A stretch of DNA of 62,517 nucleotides from NCBI GenBank assembly GCA_027039485.1, contig JALWDZ010000016.1, positions 1 to 62,517 on the forward strand, read 5' to 3'. Below, piece by piece: positions 27,060 to 35,205 of this stretch (the first letter of the stretch is position 1; each line of letters starts with the position of its first letter). The DNA comes from Candidatus Shapirobacteria bacterium (lineage in GTDB: Bacteria; Patescibacteriota; Microgenomatia; UBA12405; UBA6130). Made by a program: the position numbers and the translations under genes. The notes under the pieces were generated by a model, which saw only the letters and a program-made list of their open reading frames with translations, searched no databases and was not told the DNA's origin.

Positions 27060-28240
27060 AAAAGCTTGTCTTTTTTCTATTAGTTTCCTTTTTTTGGTTG
27101 TGGCCTAATTTGGCGAGGGCAGCTGACGACCAACAGCAAATCAAGGATTTGACCCAGAAAATAGAAAAGTGGGAACAGCTCATCCAGGAGAGCCGCCACC
27201 AGCAAGAAAGCCTTCAGACGCAACTTCACTATCTGGACAACCAAATTTACCTTACTCAATTGAAGGTTAAGCGGACTCAAGCGGAAATGGAGCTTTTGCG
27301 CGAACAAATAAAAGAATTGGGAGGGAAAATTAACAGCCTGGACACTACTCTCAATCAGATTACCGCTGTTTTTTTGACCCGGGTGGCATCGGATTATAAG
27401 TTGCGCCGGATTAGCCCTCTCGACCTTTTCTTTGCCAATTTGGATTTTGGCCGATTTTATACTTTACAAAAGTACTACCAGGTGTTGCAAAATAATGACC
27501 GGCGGTTAATGTTTAATTTGGAGGAAACTCGCCTGAACTACGATCTCCAAAAAAAGGAAAAGAAAAAGAAACAAGCGGAATTGGCCCGGCTAGAAAAGCA
27601 GTTGGCTAGCCAGCAAAAATTATTGGCCGAACGGAAAGCGAGCAAAGAGCGGCTTTTGGAAGTAACCCGTAATGATGAGCGGCGTTACCAACAACTTTTA
27701 GCGGCCGCCCAAAGGCAGTTGAATGCTTTGCGGTCGTTTGCCGAGCATCGCGGCGGGGGGCTTCTGCCACCCCAACCTAGCCCCGATGGCTGGTATTATA
27801 ACCAGCGGGATGAGCGTTGGGGCAACCAATTTATTGGCGCTTCCGATATGCGCATTTGGGAGGTAGGCTGTTTAGTAACCAGCGTAGCCATGGTTTTTAC
27901 TAAATACGGCAACCACCGTACCCCGGCCGATATTGCCGGTAATGTGGCCTACTTTTTTTCTGACACCGCCTATATGCTTTGGCCTTGGCCGAGCCCGCCC
28001 GGCTATCACCTAGTGAGCCGGGGAGCTGATTTTGCGTTTATTGACCAAGAACTGGCCGCTGGCCGGCCGGTCATTGCCCATCTAAATATTGGCACCGCCG
28101 ATGGCCATTTTGTGGTCCTTAAGAAAAAAGAAGGCAATGATTATATTATGAATGATCCTTGGTACGGGCCCAATTTGAAATTAAGCGACCACTACAGCCG
28201 CTATCAAATAACTTCTGCCAGCGCCTACTTGCCTAATTAA
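27056..28240 (+). CDS. Secreted coiled-coil protein with a C-terminal papain-like (C39-like) cysteine peptidase domain; PcsB/EnvC-analogous position
   Basis: Signal peptide, about 230 aa of heptad-rich sequence, then a candidate Cys box (WEVGCLVTSVAMVF) and His box (ADGHFVVLKKKEGNDYIMNDPW). ATGA coupling to ftsX. Confidence 0.6.
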   Translation: MKKLVFFLLVSFFWLWPNLARAADDQQQIKDLTQKIEKWEQLIQESRHQQESLQTQLHYLDNQIYLTQLKVKRTQAEMELLREQIKELGGKINSLDTTLNQITAVFLTRVASDYKLRRISPLDLFFANLDFGRFYTLQKYYQVLQNNDRRLMFNLEETRLNYDLQKKEKKKKQAELARLEKQLASQQKLLAERKASKERLLEVTRNDERRYQQLLAAAQRQLNALRSFAEHRGGGLLPPQPSPDGWYYNQRDERWGNQFIGASDMRIWEVGCLVTSVAMVFTKYGNHRTPADIAGNVAYFFSDTAYMLWPWPSPPGYHLVSRGADFAFIDQELAAGRPVIAHLNIGTADGHFVVLKKKEGNDYIMNDPWYGPNLKLSDHYSRYQITSASAYLPN

Positions 28241-28277
28241 CTTGCCAGAAAAACGCATTTTGGGGTAAGATGGGGCA

Positions 28278-29375
28278 ATGCCCAGGAAGGTTGTTTTTTG
28301 GCTTTCTGTTTTCTTAATTTTCGGGCGGGCGGCGGCAGCGGCCGACGAGGTTGTCCTCTATAAATTTTCTTCTTACCAAAGCTCTGGCGATTGGGTTGAA
28401 ATAAAAAACCAAAGTAATCAGGTGCAGGATTTAGCTGGTTATCGGGTAGAAGACAGTGCTGGGCATGGCCGGGAAGGCTTTTCTTGCTTGTTGGAGCCTG
28501 GAGGCATCTATTATCTTTCTTTAAACAATTATTTGAACCGTGATGGTGATGCGGTAGTTCTTAAAAAAGATGGCCAAACAATTGATTGTGTTTCTTATGG
28601 TGACAGCCTTTGCCCTAACCAGCAAGAGGCTGATTTGCCCAGCCCGGCGGCTAGCCAGGCGGCTATTTTGGCCGATAGTGGTTGGCAGCTGACCGGCGAC
28701 CTAAGCGTGGTTGATAACAGTAGTTGTCTTACTCCGACACCAACACCAGCACCGACTAATTTGCCAACTTTAACCCCAACTGCTTCGCCTTCCCCGTCGC
28801 TTTCGCCAACGCCGACGTCAGCCCCGAAAGCTGTTTGCCATCTCTTGGGGGCTAAAGATGAAACCGGCCAGGCAATAAACAACGCCAAAATTTATATTGA
28901 TGGTCAATATATTCACCATTACTTGCCAGAGACATTGAATTTTTGCCCCGACTGTTATTGTGATCCTGATCATCAAGTGGCTTGCTCTCTAGGTAGCCAC
29001 CAGATAAAAATTCACCATGATGGTTATCAAGATTGGCAGTGGACCGGTAATTTCGCCGCCGGCACTGATTGCCAGCAACAGCCGATTCTGCGGCACTTGA
29101 TTCCTCCCTCGCCGACATCTTCTCCCTCTTCCTCGCCGGTGCCTTCATTGACACCCCTGCCATTGGTTCTAACTGATGCTAGTGACGAAGCCGTTTTAGG
29201 TTCTGAAAGTGGAGAGGTAAAAGGCGCCCAAGTTTCATCGCCATCTATCCACCAACGAAAAGTAGGCGCCAGTTTAGCCCTACCATTGCTTTTTATTGGT
29301 GCTGGGGTTACGATGATAGGGAGTTATTTTATTTTGACCAAGAAGGAAAAAGAAGAAATTGAGGAAGATTGGTAA
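28278..29375 (+). CDS. Secreted lamin-tail-domain (LTD) protein with a PT-rich linker, a Cys-rich region and a C-terminal TM anchor
   Basis: Signal peptide; LTD-like GDWVEIKNQSNQVQDLAGYRVED; the linker TPTPTPAPTNLPTLTPTASPSPSLSPTPT; and a C-terminal TM followed by an acidic tail. Confidence 0.6.
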   Translation: MPRKVVFWLSVFLIFGRAAAAADEVVLYKFSSYQSSGDWVEIKNQSNQVQDLAGYRVEDSAGHGREGFSCLLEPGGIYYLSLNNYLNRDGDAVVLKKDGQTIDCVSYGDSLCPNQQEADLPSPAASQAAILADSGWQLTGDLSVVDNSSCLTPTPTPAPTNLPTLTPTASPSPSLSPTPTSAPKAVCHLLGAKDETGQAINNAKIYIDGQYIHHYLPETLNFCPDCYCDPDHQVACSLGSHQIKIHHDGYQDWQWTGNFAAGTDCQQQPILRHLIPPSPTSSPSSSPVPSLTPLPLVLTDASDEAVLGSESGEVKGAQVSSPSIHQRKVGASLALPLLFIGAGVTMIGSYFILTKKEKEEIEEDW

Positions 29376-29757
29376 ATACGCACCGGTGCTTCTTTGGATG
29401 CTTTTTATCTTTTATCTTTCTTCGCGGCAGCGGATTACTGTTAGCCAAAGTTATTGGCTTAGTTTTCTCTTTTTTAAAACGCTTCATGTTATCGAATATG
29501 GGGTTCTGTTTCTGCTTTGGGATTTAGCCCTTTTCCCTCGCCGCCGCCGCTGGCGTGAGGCCTTTCTCTTGGCTGTCTTTTATGGCGCCTTAGATGAATT
29601 TCATCAACATTTTGTTCCCACCCGCCATGGTTGCCTAAGAGATGTTTTTATCGATACTTTAGGGATTTTTATTGCTTATTACTGGCTGCGTTTTTGGTGG
29701 GAAGAACGATTGAAAGTCTTGACAAGGCAAAGTCTTGACAAAGTGAAAAAACAGTAG
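29359..29757 (+). CDS. VanZ-like membrane protein
   Basis: Small polytopic ORF with DEFHQHFVPTRHGCLRDVFIDTLG, typical of the VanZ-like family. The start is uncertain (TTG 29359, GTG 29386 or ATG 29398). Confidence 0.65.
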   Translation: MRKIGKYAPVLLWMLFIFYLSSRQRITVSQSYWLSFLFFKTLHVIEYGVLFLLWDLALFPRRRRWREAFLLAVFYGALDEFHQHFVPTRHGCLRDVFIDTLGIFIAYYWLRFWWEERLKVLTRQSLDKVKKQ

Positions 29758-29808
29758 TAATTTTAAGATATGGGAGATGAAATAAGAAGAACGATAACTT
29801 TTTTTATG

Positions 29809-29830
29809 AGCGCCCTTGAGGCGCTTTTTT
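29809..29830 (+). terminator. Intrinsic terminator after the vanZ-like gene
   Basis: AGCGCC-CTTGA-GGCGCT stem-loop followed by T6. Confidence 0.7.
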
Positions 29831-29861
29831 AGTGGTTGAAAATGGAAAGGGGGTGAGATAA

Positions 29862-30446
29862 ATGAAGCGGATATTATTTCAACTCTTTCTCTTGATAAGC
29901 GTTGCTGCCGTTGCAGTCGGAGTAACCCGGGCTTATTTTAGCGACCAGGGTGCCTCTACCAATAACACTTTCGCTGCCGGGACACTAGATTTGAAACTTT
30001 CTGATGATAATGAAACGGTAGCAGATAGCATTACCGAGAGCATTGGAGGCAGTAATATGGCTCCTGGAGGGACACCGGTAACAGGAATTATAAAGTTTCG
30101 CAATAGTGGAACTATAGTAGGCCATGATCTGGCTATAGCTGTAACTAATACTTGCTCGGCGACTGGTATGGCCAAGTATCTGAAATTGACAAAATTAATT
30201 TATGGTTCTAATAATCTCTTAACGACTGCTCTTCAGGATGTAAATAGAAATGGTATTTTAGACTTGGACGACTGGGCTTCCTTGAATGATGGAGCTGGAA
30301 TTGAAGGGTTGACTTTAGCAGATTTAGATGTTGATCACGCATTAACTATTGGTGTCCAGTTAGACACAAGTACGCCAAACACTTTCCAGGGGCAGCATTG
30401 TGTAGTCACGATTAGGGGGACTTTAACACAAGCAACGCCGCAATAA
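29862..30446 (+). CDS. TasA/CalY (camelysin, M73-like) family secreted protein with a SipW-class signal peptide
   Basis: The N-terminus …VGVTRAYFSDQGASTNNTFAAGTLDL carries the characteristic AxFSD…NTFxAGTLDL signature. 194 aa. SD GGGGGTGAG. Confidence 0.75.
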   Translation: MKRILFQLFLLISVAAVAVGVTRAYFSDQGASTNNTFAAGTLDLKLSDDNETVADSITESIGGSNMAPGGTPVTGIIKFRNSGTIVGHDLAIAVTNTCSATGMAKYLKLTKLIYGSNNLLTTALQDVNRNGILDLDDWASLNDGAGIEGLTLADLDVDHALTIGVQLDTSTPNTFQGQHCVVTIRGTLTQATPQ

Positions 30447-30472
30447 TAATTGCCGCTGTTTAAGTAGTCCCC

Positions 30473-32914
30473 ATGGCGGACTACTTAGCCGGTATGGGGC
30501 AATTATTACAAATAGTACAGATGCTTTTAGGGCTCCACCTTTGGGTGGTAATAAGCGGCTCGATGGCGCCGGCAATTAAACCGGGGTCTCTGGTGGTAGC
30601 CGTTCCCTGCCAGCAATATCAAATTGGTGAGATTGTTTCTTACCGGAATCCTCGGGGAGAGATTGTTACCCACCGTTTGATACAGGAAGAAAAGGGAAAA
30701 TTTATTACTCGGGGCGATGCCAATAATGTTGCCGATGCGCCAATTGCTAAACAATCAGTTTTGGGTAAGGCAGTTTTTGTTATTCCGATAGTTGGCTATT
30801 GGTTTTTTAATTTCCACCGCCTTATTTTTTCTTTTCCGCTTATTTTTGGAGGTTTTCTTCTTCTTTTCATTCTTTGGGTTTTGTGGGAAAAAGTTCGCTC
30901 TCGCCATATTTTAGGGAAATTGCTGAATGGTATAGCGTTATTAGCTCTGATGGGAAGTGGTTTGGCGCTAAATATTAGTGCTTCGCAGAGTCTTTTTAGC
31001 GACCAAGGGCAGAGTAGCCAAAACACTTTTACTGCCGGCGATTGGGTGCGGCCGACTTCGGCGATTGATGGGGCCGAAAATGACCAGGGCGATTCAATCA
31101 TGGATGTTGCCAACCAGCCAGTCCACATCCTTTATCATGCCGATGACTCCAGCAGCGGCGTCAACCGGGTAGAATTATGGTTTTCTTATAATGATGGGGC
31201 GTGGCAATATTTTGGTTTGGGCCAAAACGGAGAATTCGTTTTTTCCTTTCCCCACGGCGATGGGGTTTACCGCTTTTTGACGGTGGCGATTGATAATGCC
31301 GGTTGGCGAGAAGATAAAGACGGGAACGGCGTTGATGATAACCGTGATTCGGTGGAATTAGAAAATGTCGCCTCATTTTTGGCAGCTACTGGCGATTTAT
31401 TCCAGCTGCAATACGACAGCCAGCCGCCAACGGTAGCTTGGGTTGTGCCGACACCGGGTGATAATCTTTGGCAAGGCCAACCAGCTCTGGCTAACGGTGA
31501 TTTCCAGCAGGGAATGGAGGGATGGACAGCCGGCGGCAATGGCGATCACCACATTGTTGCTAGCGGGGAAGATTTGGACGGCAATCCAATTGTTGCTGAT
31601 CAAGGTGGCCAGATGTTCGAGTTGGGCTTTCGGAGCCAAGATAAAACCGGCCAAGACTTTCTCCGGCGCTTGATCGAGTTACCGACTAAAGTAGTACCTT
31701 ATTTGCAATTTAGCTACCGGATGTTGAGCGAGGATGTTGTGGATTATGATTGGCTGGCGGTGAAAATAAGCAGCCCCAATCAGGGGGAGAAAACTTTATT
31801 GAAGACGGGCAGCGAGGAAAACGACGACCTCTATAATGGTGACAGTTGGGCTGGCTGGCAAGGGGATTCCGGCTGGCGGCGTTTGACAGCCAACCTTCAA
31901 GCTTTTCAAGGCCAGGAGGTGAACTTAGATTTCTGCCTCCGGAGCCACCAAAACCCAACTGGGCCGGGGCGGAGCTGGGCTTATCTTAGCAATATTGAGC
32001 TTCATTTCTTAGATCCCCGCCTAACAACATCAGCCGAACTGAGCCTGGATGTCCATGACGCGTCGGGGTCGGGGGTGGACCAGGCAACTTACCAGGTAAA
32101 TGACGGCAGTGACGAAGATTTTGAGGGAACGCCCGTTACCCTTGCTAGCGGCGAGGCGACTGTTTCAGCCCAGGCTGTTGATTTAGCCGGCAACAATAGC
32201 GCGCCAACTAAATTAGAGGCCAAAGTGATGGCCGACGTTGTTCTCAATCGCTTTTCCGCTGCCCCGAGCAGTGGCGACGAGTGGGTGGAGCTTTATAACA
32301 ACAGCGACAGCGATCAAGATGTGGCCGGCTGGCAGATTTGCGACGATGGTGGCCACTGCGTTGCCTTAACGGCCGGCAATGCGGTGGGCGGCTCAACAAT
32401 AATTGAAAGCCATACCAGCCAGAAGTTCGAAGATGATTTTTACCTTAATAATAACGGCGACACGATTTATTTGAAGGACGATAGTGGCGTTGTCCAAGAC
32501 AAATTTAGCTATGGCGATCTTAGCAACCAGCATGATCAAATTTGGTCGCGTAATCCCGATGGCTTAGGAAGCTGGCAACTAACGCCGGGAAGCTTAACCG
32601 CTAATATTACTAGCCGTTACAACACGACCGGCAAAATATTATTGACTGTTTACAATCTCCCGGCTGATTATGGCCAGGGTGACCTTCTGGAATACGAAAT
32701 CACTTACACCGATAACCAGGGCTTAGAAAAAGGCATCGCCGGGACGATTCTGCCCGAGGAAGTGGCGGATGGTAAAGCAGACCGGGAGTTTTATTTGGGC
32801 ACTTGTTCAACTGGCGGCACTTGCGTGACTAATGTAATTCCTGCTCATCAAGTAAAATTAACCTTACGCCAGGGAACAACAGTTATTATTAACCAAAAAG
32901 CTTTCGCAATCTAA
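30473..32914 (+). CDS. Fusion protein: SipW/Sec11-type (S26B) signal peptidase I, TM segments, an internal SipW-class signature, and a large exodomain with an LTD
   Basis: Ser box VISGSMAPAI, His box IVTHRLI, TRGDANN box; TM segments at about aa 100-165; ASQSLFSDQGQSSQNTFTAGDW (nt 30977-31045); LTD-like DEWVELYNNSDSDQDVAGWQICDD near the C-terminus. 813 aa. Confidence 0.7.
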   Translation: MADYLAGMGQLLQIVQMLLGLHLWVVISGSMAPAIKPGSLVVAVPCQQYQIGEIVSYRNPRGEIVTHRLIQEEKGKFITRGDANNVADAPIAKQSVLGKAVFVIPIVGYWFFNFHRLIFSFPLIFGGFLLLFILWVLWEKVRSRHILGKLLNGIALLALMGSGLALNISASQSLFSDQGQSSQNTFTAGDWVRPTSAIDGAENDQGDSIMDVANQPVHILYHADDSSSGVNRVELWFSYNDGAWQYFGLGQNGEFVFSFPHGDGVYRFLTVAIDNAGWREDKDGNGVDDNRDSVELENVASFLAATGDLFQLQYDSQPPTVAWVVPTPGDNLWQGQPALANGDFQQGMEGWTAGGNGDHHIVASGEDLDGNPIVADQGGQMFELGFRSQDKTGQDFLRRLIELPTKVVPYLQFSYRMLSEDVVDYDWLAVKISSPNQGEKTLLKTGSEENDDLYNGDSWAGWQGDSGWRRLTANLQAFQGQEVNLDFCLRSHQNPTGPGRSWAYLSNIELHFLDPRLTTSAELSLDVHDASGSGVDQATYQVNDGSDEDFEGTPVTLASGEATVSAQAVDLAGNNSAPTKLEAKVMADVVLNRFSAAPSSGDEWVELYNNSDSDQDVAGWQICDDGGHCVALTAGNAVGGSTIIESHTSQKFEDDFYLNNNGDTIYLKDDSGVVQDKFSYGDLSNQHDQIWSRNPDGLGSWQLTPGSLTANITSRYNTTGKILLTVYNLPADYGQGDLLEYEITYTDNQGLEKGIAGTILPEEVADGKADREFYLGTCSTGGTCVTNVIPAHQVKLTLRQGTTVIINQKAFAI

Positions 32915-34068
32915 TGAAAAAACTATTATTTTTAGGCTGGTTGTTTTTCTTTTGGCCGGCAACTGTTTGGGCGGCTGGCTTAGAAGTGGTGGCTCCCCAG
33001 GGGCCAATTTTTTCTGCCCAAGAAATTTGGTTTCCTGGCCATTCGGTGGGCGGGCAGGGAGAAAAATGGGTGGAATTAAAAAATGACGAAAATGTTTCTA
33101 GTGGCGTTGTGGTTCAGGTGGGTGATAATAATTTTTCGACAGCCCAAGCTAACGGCTTAGCTGAGAAAATTTATTTTTCTATTTACAAAATTGAAAATGG
33201 CACTAGCAGCTGTCTTTATGGTTGCGGCGCTAATGTCCACACTTTAGCTGATTTAGCCCAAACTGGCGCTGAGTTACCGGCTAACCAATTTAGCTTGGCT
33301 CCTGGTGGCCAGGGCAAATTATATTTTTCGGCCACTATGGACTCTTTGGCGGGCAACGAGTACCAGGGCAAAGCAGCAACCTTTACTTTACTGTTTGGCT
33401 CTTTGCCAGTAGCCACGCCGACGCCGACCCCAATCTTGACGCCTACCCCAACTCCAACACCAATTGTAACTTCTACCCCCACACCGACGCCAGCGACGAC
33501 GGCTACATCTTCGCCAACAACCACCGCTAATGGGGGCGGGAAAGCTGGAACAACTACTTGTTCAGATACTGCTCCGCCCGCGCCGCGCAACTTAACTGCT
33601 GTCCCAGCTGGCTATGGCCAGGTGTTGCTCAGTTGGCAGTCGGGAGGCGGCTCGGTGGACCACTATGCCATTGTTTATGGTTTAGCTAGCCACCACTATC
33701 TTTATGGGAATCTTGATGTTGGCAAAGCTGAGCGGTATTTGGTTTCGGGCTTAGCGCTTGGTAAACGTTATTATTTTGCCGTTCGGGCGGCCCACGGTTG
33801 CGCCTGGAGTGGCGATTCCAACGAGGCTACAGTGGCGGCTGGCGGGGCAGCAGCTGGACCAGCTCCCAACCAGCCGGTGCCGGGTTTCCAAGTATTGGGG
33901 AAGAAAACTCCGGAGGGTAAAATTAGTGGGGGAGAAAAACAAGAGGCGGGCTCTACCCTAGGTGCAAAGCGAAAGAAATACAACCTTCCCTGGTTGAAAT
34001 TAAGTTTAGGCCTAGGAGGCACTGGCTTGGCCTTCTCCCTCTTCTGGCTTTGGCGCCGCCGGCGCTAG
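32914..34068 (+). CDS. Secreted protein with a PT linker, an FN3 domain and a C-terminal TM/poly-Arg anchor
   Basis: Signal peptide; the AGNEYQGKAATFTLLFGS strand resembles the NTFQGQHCVVTIRGTL strand of the TasA-like neighbour; TPTPTP linker; FN3-like PRNLTAVPAGYGQVLLSWQ…YYFAVRA; the C-terminus is GLAFSLFWLWRRRR. ATGA coupling. Confidence 0.55.
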   Translation: MKKLLFLGWLFFFWPATVWAAGLEVVAPQGPIFSAQEIWFPGHSVGGQGEKWVELKNDENVSSGVVVQVGDNNFSTAQANGLAEKIYFSIYKIENGTSSCLYGCGANVHTLADLAQTGAELPANQFSLAPGGQGKLYFSATMDSLAGNEYQGKAATFTLLFGSLPVATPTPTPILTPTPTPTPIVTSTPTPTPATTATSSPTTTANGGGKAGTTTCSDTAPPAPRNLTAVPAGYGQVLLSWQSGGGSVDHYAIVYGLASHHYLYGNLDVGKAERYLVSGLALGKRYYFAVRAAHGCAWSGDSNEATVAAGGAAAGPAPNQPVPGFQVLGKKTPEGKISGGEKQEAGSTLGAKRKKYNLPWLKLSLGLGGTGLAFSLFWLWRRRR

Positions 34069-34102
34069 ATTTTCTTCGCTGAGCTTCTTATAATGGGATG
34101 TA

Positions 34103-34933
34103 ATGATCGGAAAACTAAAGGATTGGTTTTTGCCAACAGCTAATAATGGCTGGCGGGCAAAGTTGCTCCATCCCGAGGCGCTAACGGGTTTGGTAATTAT
34201 TATTCTTTTGGGACAATTGGTTTTTCGCCTTTTCCCTTTAACGCATCCTGGGGTTTTAGGCTATTCTTCCGACATTACCCCAGAAAAAATTGTTGCCCTA
34301 ACTAATCGGGTGCGCCAGCAAATGGGCCTGCCAACTTTGCGGGTGAATAAGCTGCTTAATGAGGCTGCCCGGCGCAAAGCGGCAGATATGTTTGCTTTTA
34401 ATTATTGGGCTCATGTTTCTCCATCGGGGCGGACTCCCTGGTCATTTTTTCAGGAAGTAGGTTACCGTTATACTGTTGCCGGCGAGAATTTAGCTAAAGA
34501 TTTTACTGACGCTGATAGCGTCGTCCAGGCTTGGATGGCCTCGCCAACTCACCGCGACAACATCCTTGATGCTCGCTTTCGAGATATTGGCGTGGCGGTG
34601 GTTAGGGGAGAGCTAAATGGGGTAAAAACAACATTAATTGTCCAGCTCTTTGGCGCTCCGATTGGAGCTGAAAATGAAAAAGTCGCCGCTGCGGTGCCGC
34701 CGATGCCTAAGATTCCTCAGGCGGTAGCTGGCGCCAAAATCAATCCTTTCCGGGTAGCAAAAGCAGGAGCAATATTTTTGATTGGTATCTTTCTGGGGGT
34801 ATTAGCTGCCGACAGTTGGTTTGCCCATCGCTATCACCTGTACCGCATGACTGGCCGCAACGCTGCCCATGCTGGTTTGCTTTTAGCTTTGTTGTTATTG
34901 GTTTTATTGGCTCCCCAGGGGCTGATTTATTAG
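34103..34933 (+). CDS. CAP/SCP (PR-1-like) domain membrane-anchored protein
   Basis: N-terminal TM; the CAP-like motifs NEAARRKAADMF…NYWAHVSP…GENLA…VQAWMASPTHRDNIL; and a C-terminal hydrophobic region. Confidence 0.7.
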   Translation: MIGKLKDWFLPTANNGWRAKLLHPEALTGLVIIILLGQLVFRLFPLTHPGVLGYSSDITPEKIVALTNRVRQQMGLPTLRVNKLLNEAARRKAADMFAFNYWAHVSPSGRTPWSFFQEVGYRYTVAGENLAKDFTDADSVVQAWMASPTHRDNILDARFRDIGVAVVRGELNGVKTTLIVQLFGAPIGAENEKVAAAVPPMPKIPQAVAGAKINPFRVAKAGAIFLIGIFLGVLAADSWFAHRYHLYRMTGRNAAHAGLLLALLLLVLLAPQGLIY

Positions 34934-34941
34934 GAGAAGCA

Positions 34942-35205
34942 ATGCACCGAGAAATTAAGAAATATCCTCTTGACTTTGCTATCCTTTTTGCTAGCTTTTT
35001 GTTGGTTTTGGTCTTCTTCCTTTATTTTCGCTTTTCTCTTTCTGTGGAAAAACGGCTGCTTGTTAGTTTGGTGAGTTTTTATTTGCTTTGGGGAATAGGG
35101 CATCATTGGTATCACCGTGACTTATCTTTGCGGGTTTTAGGAGAATATCTCCTTTTTGCGTTTTTGGCTCTTCTTTTGGGCTGGTCAGTCTTTCGCTTTG
35201 GTTAA
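34942..35205 (+). CDS. Small hypothetical membrane protein (87 aa)
   Basis: ATG 34942 is preceded by AGGAG. Three hydrophobic segments. The longer track ORF (from 34816) overlaps the CAP gene. Confidence 0.45.
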   Translation: MHREIKKYPLDFAILFASFLLVLVFFLYFRFSLSVEKRLLVSLVSFYLLWGIGHHWYHRDLSLRVLGEYLLFAFLALLLGWSVFRFG

